From the NCBI GenBank assembly GCA_965205265.1, contig CBDBGH010000003.1, forward strand, positions 736,001-800,000: a DNA stretch of 64,000 bases, read 5' to 3'. The position numbers were made by a program, and so were the translations under genes. The notes beneath the pieces were generated by a model. It was not told the origin of the DNA, did no database searches, and was given only the letters and a program-made list of their open reading frames with translations. This DNA comes from Alphaproteobacteria bacterium. GTDB lineage: Bacteria; Pseudomonadota; Alphaproteobacteria; Bin95. This document shows positions 48,165 through 58,359 of the stretch, piece by piece; positions within the stretch are counted from its first letter, which is position 1, and each line of letters starts with the position of its first letter.

Positions 48165-48401
48165 TCAAGGAAGCAGCTTCAACAATGCAACGATCAGCAC
48201 GGCTTGCGCAGCGGCAACGGCATATATCTTGTTTGTCAGTTCCGCTTTGAGATTTGCAAGGTCCGCCTTGGTCGCCAGCCGGTCGTGCTCCGCCCCGCTG
48301 GCCTGAAACGCGGTTTCCGCAACAGCTTCGGCCAAATCCCGTTTCATGCCGGCGTCTTCCAGGCGCCGAACGGCCGCAAGCGTATCGAAGGTGGTAACCA
48401 T
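48165..48401 (-). CDS. CCDC90/DUF1640-like small tail-anchored protein (78 aa)
   Basis: MVTTFDTLAAVRRLEDAGMKRDLAEAVA...LATKADL...hydrophobic tail LLKLLP; clear paralog of 5030-5275. Confidence 0.75.
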   Translation of the reverse strand: MVTTFDTLAAVRRLEDAGMKRDLAEAVAETAFQASGAEHDRLATKADLANLKAELTNKIYAVAAAQAVLIVALLKLLP

Positions 48402-48475
48402 GGCGGTATTCTGCACCGCGCGAAGACGAGGCGCGAGGTCTTCGGCGTGAGGAGCTGCAACCGGCCTGCCGCCCG

Positions 48476-50098
48476 TTACTGCCGGGAGACATCCACCTCC
48501 TTGCAGGTGATGAACTCCAGCAGCGCCGGCTGGCCGGCCTCGGTCGCCGCGATGCCGCGGGCTATGGCGGCCTGTATTTCGCCGGGATCCGTGACCCGCT
48601 CGCCATAGGCGCCGAAGGCCCGCGCCATGGCGGCGTAGTCTCCGGAAATGTCCGTCGAGCGGAATTTCTCCGTCGAGACCGGCATGACCTTGAGCTCGAT
48701 GGCCATGGAGAAGTTGTTGAGCAGGATGGAGAGGATCGGGATGCGCTCGCGCACGGCGGTCTCGAAGTCCATGCCGGTGAAGCCGATGGCCGCGTCGCCC
48801 CACACATTGATGCAGAGCTTTTCCGGGCAGGCGAGCTTGGCGCCCATGGCGAGGCCCAGCCCGTAGCCGAGCTGCGTCGTCTTGCCCCAACCGATGTAGG
48901 ACAGCGGTTCGGTCGCCTTCCAGAAGGGCGAGAGCTGGTCGCGCGGGCTGCCGGCATCGTGGGTGATGACGGTGTTCTTCTTGTCCACCGCGCGTTCCAG
49001 TTCGGCGAGCACCCGATAGGGATTGAGCGGCGCCTCCTCGCTCTCCCGCTTGGCCGCCCATTCGGCGAGCCAGCTTTCCATGCCGGCCGCGATCTCGGCT
49101 GCAACGGGACCGGAATCGCGTATCGGCTCTCCCTCGAGCGCCGCCAGCAGCGCATCGAGCGTGAGGCCCGCATCGCCCACAAGGCCGAGCGCCGCCGGCA
49201 CGTCCTTGTTTAGGTCCATCGGATCGAGCGTGGCGTGGATGACCGTTTTGCCCTTGGGCATGGAGACGCCGAAATTGGTCTCGGTGAAGCTGCAACCGAT
49301 GCCGAAGATCAGGTCCGCCCGGTCGAGGAAGCTGCGCACCGGGCGCGGCATGGCAAGGCCGCCCGCGCCGAGGCTGAGCGGATGGTCCTCCGGAAAGGCG
49401 CTCTTGCCTTCGAGGCTGGTGCAGACGGGGACGGCCAGATGCTCCGCCAGGGACTTCAGTTGCGGCCATGCCCTGGCGTAGTGCACGCCCTGGCCGGCAT
49501 AGATGACGGGCCGCTCCGCCGCCATGAGCATCTCGGCGGCCTTTGCCACGGCCTCGGGGTCCGGTCCGCTGCGGGTCGAGAGCACGGGTTCGTAGGAGAG
49601 GTCGCCATCCAGTTCCTCGTTCATGAGGTCGGCGGGGACTTCCACCACGACCGGCCCGCCGCGCCCGTTGCGCAGGCGCGTGAAGGCGCGGCGCATCACA
49701 TTGGCGATTTCGCCGACCGAGGTGATCGGCTCGGTCGATTTGGCGATGGGCTTCATCGCCTGGGTCGAGTTGAAGTTCGGGTGGATATGGGCGATCCGGC
49801 GCGGATAGCCCATCGGCATCACCAACAGCGGGACCGACTCGCCATAAGCCTGGGCGATACCGCCATAGGCATTCTCCGAACCGGGGCCGTGCTGCATGGC
49901 GAAGACGCCGATGGTGCCGCCGGAGGTCAGCCGCGAAATGGCGTCCGCCATGTGCAGGCCGACCCGTTCCTGACGAACGATAATCGGGCGGATATCGAGA
50001 TGCGCGGCATATTCGAGCACATGGTTCACCGGGTAGCCGATGATCGTCTCGATGCCTTCGCGCTTCAGGATTTCCGAAATCGCTTCCACGGCCTTCAT
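48476..50098 (-). CDS. Thiamine pyrophosphate-dependent enzyme (acetolactate synthase-like superfamily)
   Basis: RQERVGLHMADA, QHGPGSEN, THDAGSPRDQ, WGDAAIGF...LLNN TPP motif. Confidence 0.88.
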   Translation of the reverse strand: MKAVEAISEILKREGIETIIGYPVNHVLEYAAHLDIRPIIVRQERVGLHMADAISRLTSGGTIGVFAMQHGPGSENAYGGIAQAYGESVPLLVMPMGYPRRIAHIHPNFNSTQAMKPIAKSTEPITSVGEIANVMRRAFTRLRNGRGGPVVVEVPADLMNEELDGDLSYEPVLSTRSGPDPEAVAKAAEMLMAAERPVIYAGQGVHYARAWPQLKSLAEHLAVPVCTSLEGKSAFPEDHPLSLGAGGLAMPRPVRSFLDRADLIFGIGCSFTETNFGVSMPKGKTVIHATLDPMDLNKDVPAALGLVGDAGLTLDALLAALEGEPIRDSGPVAAEIAAGMESWLAEWAAKRESEEAPLNPYRVLAELERAVDKKNTVITHDAGSPRDQLSPFWKATEPLSYIGWGKTTQLGYGLGLAMGAKLACPEKLCINVWGDAAIGFTGMDFETAVRERIPILSILLNNFSMAIELKVMPVSTEKFRSTDISGDYAAMARAFGAYGERVTDPGEIQAAIARGIAATEAGQPALLEFITCKEVDVSRQ

Positions 50099-50179
50099 GG
50101 GGGTGTTTCTCCTGTCGGTTGGCCCTAAACTTGCCGGAGTCGGGAGCATAAGGAAAGCAGCCTTGCGGAGACGCTGGCC

Positions 50180-51124
50180 ATGACGACCGACGCCGGGATG
50201 AGACTTGCAACCGCGCCTCCGAAGGCGTTGCGCCGCGCGGCCGAAGCGGCGGTGCGGAACGACCCGGATGTCTCGGCGGTGGTGCTGTTCGGCTCGCGCG
50301 CGCGAGGCGACCACAGACCGGACAGCGATTGGGACCTCGCCTTTGTGACCCGTGGAGGCGCGGTTCGGCGCAAGGCGCCGGAAGGCTGGAAGCCACCGCC
50401 CGGCCGCATGAAGATCGACTGCCTGCAGGTTCCCGCCGAAGAGCTTCGCCGCAAGGCGAACGCGCTGCGTCATGTCGCTTGCCCCATCGCGCGTGAGGGG
50501 CGCCTGCTCGCCGGCGTCTGGGACCGGCCCGAACCGGGAGATGCGCCGAGGATGGAAGCGGACGAGTATGCGGCACTGCTCCACGGGGCGGTCAGCCGCC
50601 TCGATATCGCGGTTGGAATCGCAGCCGCGATACCGGCCGTCGGCGGGCCGCGCCAGGATGCCGCCGACGCTGCGCATCATGTCGCCGCAAGCGCAGACGC
50701 AGCGGAATATCTGGCCAAGGCGATGCTGGGGCGCCTCGGCGTGGACTATCGCAAGACGCACAGCCTGGACGAGCTTGCGGCGTTGTTCGGCGACGCCCAT
50801 GCAAGGCTTCGCGACTCCGTGCGGGCGCTGAACGGCCACAGCCGGGCGGCGGCGCGCCTCGCCGGCGTCGCCCGGCTTCTTGTCGAGGAAGTGGACGCGG
50901 CCGGCTCGGACGGGCGGTTCTCGGGCCAAATGGAGGAGGCGGCGCGGGGGATAGCTGCGACGCTCGCAGGCCGCGCGACGGAGCTGCGGGCGGCCGGCGA
51001 ACCCGACCCGGCGCCGGAAGACCCGCTGGTTGCCGCCGTCGCGGCGTCACGTCCGGGTCTGGCGGATGTTCTCGAAACGGCCGCCGCGGATATTCGGGTG
51101 CAGGGGCGCAGGGCAAACGCATGA
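50180..51124 (+). CDS. Fused MNT-HEPN protein, copy 2
   Basis: VLFGSRARGDHRPDSDWD; AEYLAKAMLGRLG..YRKTHSLDEL; colinear with 17124-18113. Confidence 0.75.
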   Translation: MTTDAGMRLATAPPKALRRAAEAAVRNDPDVSAVVLFGSRARGDHRPDSDWDLAFVTRGGAVRRKAPEGWKPPPGRMKIDCLQVPAEELRRKANALRHVACPIAREGRLLAGVWDRPEPGDAPRMEADEYAALLHGAVSRLDIAVGIAAAIPAVGGPRQDAADAAHHVAASADAAEYLAKAMLGRLGVDYRKTHSLDELAALFGDAHARLRDSVRALNGHSRAAARLAGVARLLVEEVDAAGSDGRFSGQMEEAARGIAATLAGRATELRAAGEPDPAPEDPLVAAVAASRPGLADVLETAAADIRVQGRRANA

Positions 51125-51372
51125 GAGTAGTGCCGGCTACCGAGGCAAAAGCGCGTCTGGCCGAGTTGCTTCGGACAGTCGAGCGCGGGGAAACCGTGGC
51201 GATTACGCGCCACGGCCGGACGGTCGCCCATATGATTCCTGCACCGGAGGTCGATCGGGCCAACCGTAAGCAGGCGGTCGCCGACTTCCGGCGCCGGCGC
51301 AGCGGATGGCGGTCCGCGGGAATGTCGGCCGATGATGTTCTCGAAGCGTGGCACCTCGGCCATCGGATGTGA
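51121..51372 (+). CDS. Phd/YefM family antitoxin
   Basis: MRVVPATEAKARLAELLRTVERGETVAITRHGRTVA; ATGA overlap with MNT-HEPN. Confidence 0.87.
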   Translation: MRVVPATEAKARLAELLRTVERGETVAITRHGRTVAHMIPAPEVDRANRKQAVADFRRRRSGWRSAGMSADDVLEAWHLGHRM

Positions 51373-51376
51373 GTCC

Positions 51377-51442
51377 TTGTTCGTACTCCACGCCTCGGTT
51401 GCCGCCTCTGCTCAAGAGCGTTTGGCGGAACGGCGCAGGTAA
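51377..51442 (+). pseudogene. Stub of a VapC/PIN toxin
   Basis: LFVLHASVAA resembles the PIN start FVLDASVA (Asp replaced by His), then stops after 21 codons; lies directly after the Phd antitoxin. Confidence 0.5.
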
Positions 51443-51467
51443 CGGGAATTCGGAATCGATGCAGGAC

Positions 51468-52340
51468 ATGACGGTAAAGACAATCGGCATACTCAGCCCC
51501 GGCGATATGGGGCACGGGGTCGGGCGGGCCTTGCGGGAGTGCAACGGGCTGCGCGTCGTCACCGACCTTTCGGGACGGAGCGACAGGACGCGGGGCCTTG
51601 CGGTCGCGGCCGGGTTCGAGGACCTGGGTTCGCTCGACGCCGTTGTCGAGGCATCGGACATCCTCCTCTCGATCATGCCGCCGGCCGCCGCAGAGGGTTT
51701 TGCGGCGGAGCTGGCCGGCAGAATCGGCGCGGACGGGCCGGTCTTCGCCGACATGAATGCCGTTGCGCCGGAAACCGTGCGGCGCATTGCGGCCCGGTTC
51801 CCGGCGGACCGCTTTGTGGACGGCGGCATTGTCGGACCGTCTCCCAAGGGGCCGAAGCCAACGCGCTTCTATGTTTCCGGGGCGCCGGCGGCTGTCATGG
51901 AGGCGCTGGCCTCGGACCGGATTGCCGTGCGTCCGCTCGGTCCCGAGATCGGCAGGGCGTCGGCGCAAAAGATGCTCTATTCGGCGCTCAACAAGGGCTA
52001 TTGGGCGCTCCAGGCGGCCGTGCTGACGGCGGCCGAGCGCGCAGGGCTGAGCGACGAGCTGCGCGCCGAGCTCGCTTTCAGCCAGCCGGACGTGCTCGCC
52101 CGCATGGAGGACCGCATCGGCCTCTTGCCGGCGGACGCCCACCGCTTCCACCCGGAGATGGCGGAGATCGCTTCCTTCTTCGAAGACCTGGGCATGACAA
52201 CCGGGTTCCACCGGGGCGCGGAGGACCTGTTCCGTCTTCTGGCTCGGACGCCGCTTGCTGAGGAAACCAAGGAGACCTGGGACCGGTCGAGGCCGCTCAG
52301 CGAGTCCGTCCGTATTTTCGCGGATGCCGTAGAGGCATAA
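51468..52340 (+). CDS. NAD(P)-dependent oxidoreductase, 6PGD-like with DUF1932-type C-terminus
   Basis: IGILSPGDMGHGVG, DMNAVAP, FVDGGIVGP, ASAQKMLYSALNKG, AHRFHPEMAEIA. Confidence 0.82.
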   Translation: MTVKTIGILSPGDMGHGVGRALRECNGLRVVTDLSGRSDRTRGLAVAAGFEDLGSLDAVVEASDILLSIMPPAAAEGFAAELAGRIGADGPVFADMNAVAPETVRRIAARFPADRFVDGGIVGPSPKGPKPTRFYVSGAPAAVMEALASDRIAVRPLGPEIGRASAQKMLYSALNKGYWALQAAVLTAAERAGLSDELRAELAFSQPDVLARMEDRIGLLPADAHRFHPEMAEIASFFEDLGMTTGFHRGAEDLFRLLARTPLAEETKETWDRSRPLSESVRIFADAVEA

Positions 52341-52378
52341 GGTAGCTGCAAAACGAACCTGGCGGGGGAGGGCGGCCG

Positions 52379-53161
52379 ATGGCCGAGGCAAGACGGCTTC
52401 AGGGCAGGGTGGCGATGATTACCGGCGGCGCATCCGGGATCGGGGCGGCAAGCGCGCGCCTGTTCGCCGAGCATGGCGCGAGCGTGGCGGTGGCCGACAT
52501 CAACGACAATCTCGGCCCGCTCGTCGTCCGGGATATCGAGGCGGCCGGCGGCGCGGCCTGCTATCTCCATCTGGACACCGTCGATGAGGACCAGTGGCGG
52601 GAAGCGGTGCAAACGGCGGTCGAGCGCTTCGGACGCCTCGACATCATGCTGAACGCCGCCGGCGTCTCGGGCCGGATGCCGGACGGTTCGGCGGCGCCGC
52701 GCATCGGGGAGGCGGACCTCGCGAACTGGAACCGGATCATGGATGTGAACTCCACCGGCGTCTTTCTCGGCACCAAACACGCCATCGCGGCGATGCAGGC
52801 GGCCGGCGGCGGCTCGATCATCAACATTTCGTCGGTCTACGGCATTGTCGGCTCGGTCCACAACGCCGCCTATCATGCGTCCAAGGGCGCCGTGAGGACG
52901 CTGACCAAATCCGCCGCCGCGCAATATGCGAAGGACGGTATCCGGGTGAATTCCGTCCATCCGGGCTATGTGGACACGCCGATGACCGAAGCCGTCCACA
53001 GCAATCCGGAGCTTGCCCGCCCCCGGCTCGAGGAGACGCCGATGGGCCGCTTCGGCAAGCCGGCCGACATCGCCAATGGCTGCCTGTTCCTGGCAAGCGA
53101 CGAGTCGAGCTGGATGACGGGCGCGGAACTGGTCATCGACGGCGGCATGACCGCCGTGTGA
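52379..53161 (+). CDS. Short-chain dehydrogenase/reductase
   Basis: TGGASGIG, NAAG, NISS, YHASK, NSVHPG, TGAELVIDGG. Confidence 0.92.
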   Translation: MAEARRLQGRVAMITGGASGIGAASARLFAEHGASVAVADINDNLGPLVVRDIEAAGGAACYLHLDTVDEDQWREAVQTAVERFGRLDIMLNAAGVSGRMPDGSAAPRIGEADLANWNRIMDVNSTGVFLGTKHAIAAMQAAGGGSIINISSVYGIVGSVHNAAYHASKGAVRTLTKSAAAQYAKDGIRVNSVHPGYVDTPMTEAVHSNPELARPRLEETPMGRFGKPADIANGCLFLASDESSWMTGAELVIDGGMTAV

Positions 53162-53170
53162 CCGCTGCCG

Positions 53171-54568
53171 CTACCTGCCGGTGAGTATGCGTTCGAAAAG
53201 CTGCTTCACGGTCGGGATGAAGCCGTCCGCGTAGAAGGGGTCCAGCCGGAAGCGGTAGGCGTTGTGGCCGGAGAACATGAGCTGTTCCTCGACCGACCCG
53301 CCATGGCTGATCTGCTGCAGTGTCTTCTGGATGCAGAAGGACCGGGGGTCCGCCTTGCGGCCGGTGGTGCCGGCCTCGTTCTGCGACCAATTGCTGAACT
53401 GGCAGGCCGACAGGCAGCCCATGCACTCGATCTGGTCCGTCAGGATTTGCCGCCGGCGCTCCGGCGTCACGAACACCAGGGTCGAATCGGGCGTGCGCAT
53501 GGCTTCCGAATAGCCGGCTCCGATCCAGCCTTCGGCGCGTTGCCTGTCGTCGTCGGCGACATAGACGGGCCGGCCCCGCGGGCCGACCGGGAAGGCCACA
53601 TCGTGGCCGCCGACGGGTTCCGTAGAGAACGCGATCTGGTGTTCGGCCCGCTCCTGCAGCTCATCGAGGAAGGCGTTGCGCACTGCGGACGAGTAAAAGC
53701 CGGTCGGGCTGAACCGGTTGAGGAAAACATCGCCTTCCTTGAGCGTCAGCAACTTGCGCTTCCACTCTTCGGAGATCGGGCTTTCCTGCGTCAGCAGCGG
53801 CCGGGTGCCGAACTGGAACGCGACCGGCGCGATATCCGGGTCTTCGATCCAGTGGGACCACTCATCCAGCCACCAGACGCCTCCTGCCATGATGATCGGG
53901 ACGTGGGCAAGGCCGACTTCCGCCATCTGCTGGCGTAGCTGGACGACCCTGGGGCGGGGGTCTTCCGGCCGGTTCGGGTCCTCGACATTGGAAAGGCCGT
54001 TATGCCCGCCGGCGCGCCACGGGTCCTCATAGACGACGCCGCCAAGCAGGTTCGGAAACTTGCGGTAGGCGCGCTTCCAAAGGGCGCGAAAGGCGCGGGC
54101 GGAGGAAATGATCGGGTAGTAGTGGACGCCGAACCGCGCCGCGAGCTCCGCCAGCCGGTAGGGCATGCCCGCTCCGCAGGTGATGCCGTGGATCAGGCCC
54201 TTGGCGCCCTCCATCACGGCATTCAGCACGCGCTCCGCGCCGGCCATCTCCCAGAGCACGTTCATGTGTATGCGGCCCTGGCCGCCTGCGCTGTCATAGG
54301 CGATGCGGGCCTGGTGGATCGCGCCCCGGATTGCGTGCGCAAGCAGCTCTTCATGCCGCTCGCGCCGCGTCTTGCCGTAGTAGTTCTGGACGATGGCGGA
54401 ACCGTCTTCGCGGAAGCTGTCTGCGTTGACGCCGGAGAAGGTCCCGACGCCGCCGCAGGCGGCCCATGCGCCCGAGCTCTCCCCGTTCGAAATCGCAATG
54501 CCCTTGCCGCCCTCGATGAGCGGAAAGACCTCGCGGCCGGAGAAAACGACTGGGTGCACGACCGCCAT
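53171..54568 (-). CDS. Nitronate monooxygenase / 2-nitropropane dioxygenase-like flavoprotein
   Basis: PLIEGGKG, NVLWEM, TCGAGMPY, YEDPWRAGGHNGLS, MAGGVW, FQFGTRPL, CMGCLSAC. Confidence 0.82.
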   Translation of the reverse strand: MAVVHPVVFSGREVFPLIEGGKGIAISNGESSGAWAACGGVGTFSGVNADSFREDGSAIVQNYYGKTRRERHEELLAHAIRGAIHQARIAYDSAGGQGRIHMNVLWEMAGAERVLNAVMEGAKGLIHGITCGAGMPYRLAELAARFGVHYYPIISSARAFRALWKRAYRKFPNLLGGVVYEDPWRAGGHNGLSNVEDPNRPEDPRPRVVQLRQQMAEVGLAHVPIIMAGGVWWLDEWSHWIEDPDIAPVAFQFGTRPLLTQESPISEEWKRKLLTLKEGDVFLNRFSPTGFYSSAVRNAFLDELQERAEHQIAFSTEPVGGHDVAFPVGPRGRPVYVADDDRQRAEGWIGAGYSEAMRTPDSTLVFVTPERRRQILTDQIECMGCLSACQFSNWSQNEAGTTGRKADPRSFCIQKTLQQISHGGSVEEQLMFSGHNAYRFRLDPFYADGFIPTVKQLFERILTGR

Positions 54569-54573
54569 CGGCG

Positions 54574-56688
54574 TCAGTCCGCTGCTGCCGTCAGGTCCGC
54601 CCCGGTCTCCTGGTCGACGGACTTCATGGAGAGGCTCACCTTGCCGCGGTCATCGACGCGCAGCACCTTGACCTTCACCTGGTCGCCCTGTTCCACGACA
54701 TCGCCGACGGTCTTGACCCGTTGCGGGGCCAGCTCGCTGATATGCACGAGCCCGTCGCGGCTGCCGAGGAAGTTCACGAAGGCTCCGAAATCGACGATCT
54801 TGACCACCTTGCCGGTATAGATGGCGCCCACTTCCGGCTCGGCGACGATGCCCTTGATCCACTCGATCGCGGCCTCGGAAGCCCTGGGGTCCACCGAGGA
54901 GACCTTGATCGTGCCATCGTCGTCGATGTCGATTTTGGCGCCGGTGGTATCCACGATCTCGCGGATGACCTTGCCGCCCGAGCCGATGACTTCGCGAATC
55001 TTGTCGCGGGGAATCGACATGGTGGTCATGCGGGGCGCGAAGTCGCTCACATCGTCGCGCGCCGTGTCGAGCGCCCTGGCCATCTCCCCGAGGATATGCA
55101 TCCGGCCCTTCTGCGCCTGCTCCAGCGCCGTGCTCATGATGTCTTCGGTGATCGAGGTGATCTTGATATCCATCTGGAGCGACGTCACGCCGACCTCGGT
55201 CCCAGCGACCTTGAAGTCCATGTCGCCCAGATGGTCCTCATCGCCGAGGATGTCCGAAAGCACGGCGAAGCGGTCGCCTTCCTTGATGAGGCCCATCGCA
55301 ATGCCGGCGACAGGGCGTTTCAGAGGAACGCCTGCATCCATCATCGATAGCGATGCGCCGCAGACCGACGCCATTGAGGACGAACCGTTCGACTCCGTGA
55401 TCTCCGAGACCACGCGAATGGTGTAGGGGAACTCGTCCTTCTTCGGCAGCAGGGGGCGGACGGCGCGCCATGCGAGCTTGCCGTGCCCGATTTCACGGCG
55501 GCCCGGCGCACGCAGAAACTTTGCCTCACCGGTAGAGTAGGGCGGGAAATTGTAGTGGAGCATGAAGTGCTCGCGGTATTCTCCGTCCAGCGCATCGACG
55601 ATCTGCTCGTCCTGCGACGTGCCGAGCGTGGAGACCACGATCGCCTGCGTTTCGCCGCGGGTGAACAGCGCGCTGCCGTGCTGGCGCGGCAGGATGCCGA
55701 CCTGGCAGTCGATAGGGCGCACCGTTTCCAGGTCGCGGTCATCGATTCGCTTGCTCGTGTCCAGAATGGCGCCCCGGACGATGTCGCGTTCGAGGTCCTT
55801 GAAGAACGGGGCTGCGACGGCCGGGTCCGTGCCGGCCTCTTCCAGCCTGGCGAGAGCGTCGGTCTTGGCGGCGGCGATGGCGGTCTGGCGCGCCTGCTTT
55901 TCCCGCAGGGCATAAGCCTCTTCCATGGCGGCGCGGCCGAGTTCATAGACCTTCGCCTTCGCTTCCTCGGTGCCCGGCTCCGGATCGGGAAGGTCCCAGG
56001 GCTCCTTGGCGCATTCCTCCGCCATGTCGATGATGGCGTCGATGACCGGCAGGAAACCCCGGTGGCCGAACATCACGGCCTCCAGCATTTTCTCCTCGGG
56101 AAGCTCCTGCGCTTCCGATTCCACCATCAGCACGCCCTGCGAAGTGCCGGCGACCACCAGATCCAGGACGGACGATTGCATCTGCTCGGTGGTGGGATTG
56201 AGAACGAACGCATCGTCGATCAGCCCGACCCGAGCGCCGGCAATCGGCCCGAGAAACGGAATCCCGGACAGCGTCAGCGCGGCCGAGGTCCCGACCATGG
56301 CAACGATATCGGGATCGTTCTCCAAGTCGTGGCTCATCACGGTGCAGATGATCTGGGTTTCGTTCCGGAAGCCCTTGGCGAAGAGCGGCCGGATCGGCCG
56401 GTCGATCAATCGCGAGGTCAGCGTTTCCTTTTCGCTCGGCCGCGCCTCGCGCTTGAAGAAACCGCCGGGAATCTTGCCGGCGGCATAGGTTTTTTCCTGG
56501 TAGTTGACGGTAAGCGGGAAGAAGTCGAGCCCGGCTCTGGGGCTCTTCTCCGCGACCACGGTGCACAGCACCGCCGTCTCTCCGAGGCTTGCCATGACGG
56601 CAGCGTCGGCCTGGCGCGCGATGCGGCCGGTCTCGAGGACCAGCGGGCGTCCGCCCCAGTCGATTTCCTTGCGGACGATATCGAACAT
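54574..56688 (-). CDS. pnp: Polyribonucleotide nucleotidyltransferase
   Basis: [47 protein letters not shown] and S1 domains. Confidence 0.96.
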   Translation of the reverse strand: MFDIVRKEIDWGGRPLVLETGRIARQADAAVMASLGETAVLCTVVAEKSPRAGLDFFPLTVNYQEKTYAAGKIPGGFFKREARPSEKETLTSRLIDRPIRPLFAKGFRNETQIICTVMSHDLENDPDIVAMVGTSAALTLSGIPFLGPIAGARVGLIDDAFVLNPTTEQMQSSVLDLVVAGTSQGVLMVESEAQELPEEKMLEAVMFGHRGFLPVIDAIIDMAEECAKEPWDLPDPEPGTEEAKAKVYELGRAAMEEAYALREKQARQTAIAAAKTDALARLEEAGTDPAVAAPFFKDLERDIVRGAILDTSKRIDDRDLETVRPIDCQVGILPRQHGSALFTRGETQAIVVSTLGTSQDEQIVDALDGEYREHFMLHYNFPPYSTGEAKFLRAPGRREIGHGKLAWRAVRPLLPKKDEFPYTIRVVSEITESNGSSSMASVCGASLSMMDAGVPLKRPVAGIAMGLIKEGDRFAVLSDILGDEDHLGDMDFKVAGTEVGVTSLQMDIKITSITEDIMSTALEQAQKGRMHILGEMARALDTARDDVSDFAPRMTTMSIPRDKIREVIGSGGKVIREIVDTTGAKIDIDDDGTIKVSSVDPRASEAAIEWIKGIVAEPEVGAIYTGKVVKIVDFGAFVNFLGSRDGLVHISELAPQRVKTVGDVVEQGDQVKVKVLRVDDRGKVSLSMKSVDQETGADLTAAAD

Positions 56689-56779
56689 ATCGGATGCAGT
56701 CCTTTCCATGGCCGCGACCCGGACGGTGCGGCCCTTTGCATGTTTTCTTTCGGACGCCGGCCTTCCGGCGCCCCGGTCG

Positions 56780-57049
56780 TCAGCGGCGCAGGCCGAGGCG
56801 TTCGATCAGCGACCGATAGCGCCCATTGTCCTTCCTGCGCAGATAGTCGAGCAGGCCGCGGCGCTGGCCGACCATGACCAGCAGGCCGCGGCGCGAGTGG
56901 CGGTCTTTCTTGTGGGTCTGGAGGTGCTCGGTCAGGTTACGGATGCGTTCCGTCAGGATCGCCACCTGCACCTCCGGCGATCCCGTGTCGTCGTTGTTCG
57001 TGCGGAACTCCTGGATGAGTTCGGACTTTCTTGCAGCGGTAATCGACAT
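56780..57049 (-). CDS. rpsO: 30S ribosomal protein S15
   Basis: [37 protein letters not shown]. Confidence 0.96.
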   Translation of the reverse strand: MSITAARKSELIQEFRTNNDDTGSPEVQVAILTERIRNLTEHLQTHKKDRHSRRGLLVMVGQRRGLLDYLRRKDNGRYRSLIERLGLRR

Positions 57050-57071
57050 CTGTTGCTCTCGTTCCTTGCAG

Positions 57072-58001
57072 CTACGGATTGACAACTCGCACGGGCCGAA
57101 CCGTTCCGGACTCGTACCGGGCCACCGCGACCAGATCCCCGCCCATCCGGGCGCGAACCGTCATGCCGTCGTAGAACCCGGCGATCCGCGAAACATCGGC
57201 CGTGCCAAACAGCCGCAGCGCCTGTCCATTCCTGAGCGCAGCGGCCTCCTGCTCCGAAACGGACAGGGCCGGGATGTCGGCCAGCGACCTGTCCGTCGGC
57301 AGCAAGAATACACTCTCCGGGCCTATATGGGCCAGAGATTCCAATTCTTCCAGTGTAATGGCGTCCTCGACGCGAAACGGCCCGACGCGCAACCGCCGGA
57401 GAGCCGAGACATGTCCGACCGTGCCGAGCGCAGCGGCAAGGTCGCGCGCAATGGCGCGGACATAGACACCCTTGCCGGTTTCCGCCGCGAATTCCGTTCG
57501 GTCGTCGTCGAGCCGGCGCTCGAAGCGCAGTTCGATCACTTCGGCGGGGCGCGGGGGCAAGTCGGGCGCCTCATCGGCGCGGGCCAGGTTATAGGCCCGC
57601 TTTCCTCCGATCTTGACAGCGGAATATCGCGGCGGCACCTGCATGATCCGACCGGTGAAGGCCGGCAGGGCCTTGCGGATCGCGTCGTCGTCGGGGCGAA
57701 CCGCACTGGTTTCCGTCACGCTGCCGTCCGCATCGTCGGTATCGCGCGCCTCGCCCCAGCGCACAGTGAAACGATAGACCTTGCTGCCGTCCATGACCCA
57801 GGAGACCGTCTTGGTCGCCTGGCCGAGAGCGATGGGCAATACCCCCGTCGCAAGCGGGTCCAGCGCCCCGCCATGCCCGATCTTGGCGCCTCCGCTCAAT
57901 CGCTTGATCCGGTTGCAGACGGCGGTGGACGTCATCCCGGCGGGCTTGTCCACGACAATCCAGCCATTGAGGTCGGGTCGTTTCTGGCGCCTACGAGCCA
58001 T
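57072..58001 (-). CDS. truB: tRNA pseudouridine(55) synthase
   Basis: [44 protein letters not shown]. Confidence 0.93.
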   Translation of the reverse strand: MARRRQKRPDLNGWIVVDKPAGMTSTAVCNRIKRLSGGAKIGHGGALDPLATGVLPIALGQATKTVSWVMDGSKVYRFTVRWGEARDTDDADGSVTETSAVRPDDDAIRKALPAFTGRIMQVPPRYSAVKIGGKRAYNLARADEAPDLPPRPAEVIELRFERRLDDDRTEFAAETGKGVYVRAIARDLAAALGTVGHVSALRRLRVGPFRVEDAITLEELESLAHIGPESVFLLPTDRSLADIPALSVSEQEAAALRNGQALRLFGTADVSRIAGFYDGMTVRARMGGDLVAVARYESGTVRPVRVVNP

Positions 58002-58359
58002 GCTGGTTCCGCCGGATCAGCGCTTCGACCCGGTCCGCCTCATCGAAGCTGCGGTCGCGCTGAAACCGGAGCCGGGGTGTGAATTTGGCGTCGAGCATGC
58101 GGCCGAGTTCGCCCCGAATGCGCCCCGCGGCGCGGTTGAGCGCCGCGACCGTGTCGTCGGTATCGTCCCGGCCCATCATGGAGACGAACGCCGTCGCCTG
58201 TTTCAGGTCGGGCGACATGACAACCTCCGACAGGGTCACCATGTCCAGCGCCTGCAGATCCGGGTCGCGAAAGGTCGCACGGGCGAGGATGCCGGCCATC
58301 GCATGACGGACCGTCTCGCCCATGCGAAGCCGCCTCGGCCCGTTCCGGTCCGGCTTCAT
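57991..58359 (-). CDS. rbfA: Ribosome-binding factor A
   Basis: [37 protein letters not shown]; between infB and truB. Confidence 0.9.
   Translation of the reverse strand: MKPDRNGPRRLRMGETVRHAMAGILARATFRDPDLQALDMVTLSEVVMSPDLKQATAFVSMMGRDDTDDTVAALNRAAGRIRGELGRMLDAKFTPRLRFQRDRSFDEADRVEALIRRNQHGS

Noticed and set aside
48165-50576. 803-aa ORF appearing to fuse to the DUF1640-like protein
   Set aside because: Only the last 78 aa are meaningful; the rest overlaps the TPP enzyme in another frame.
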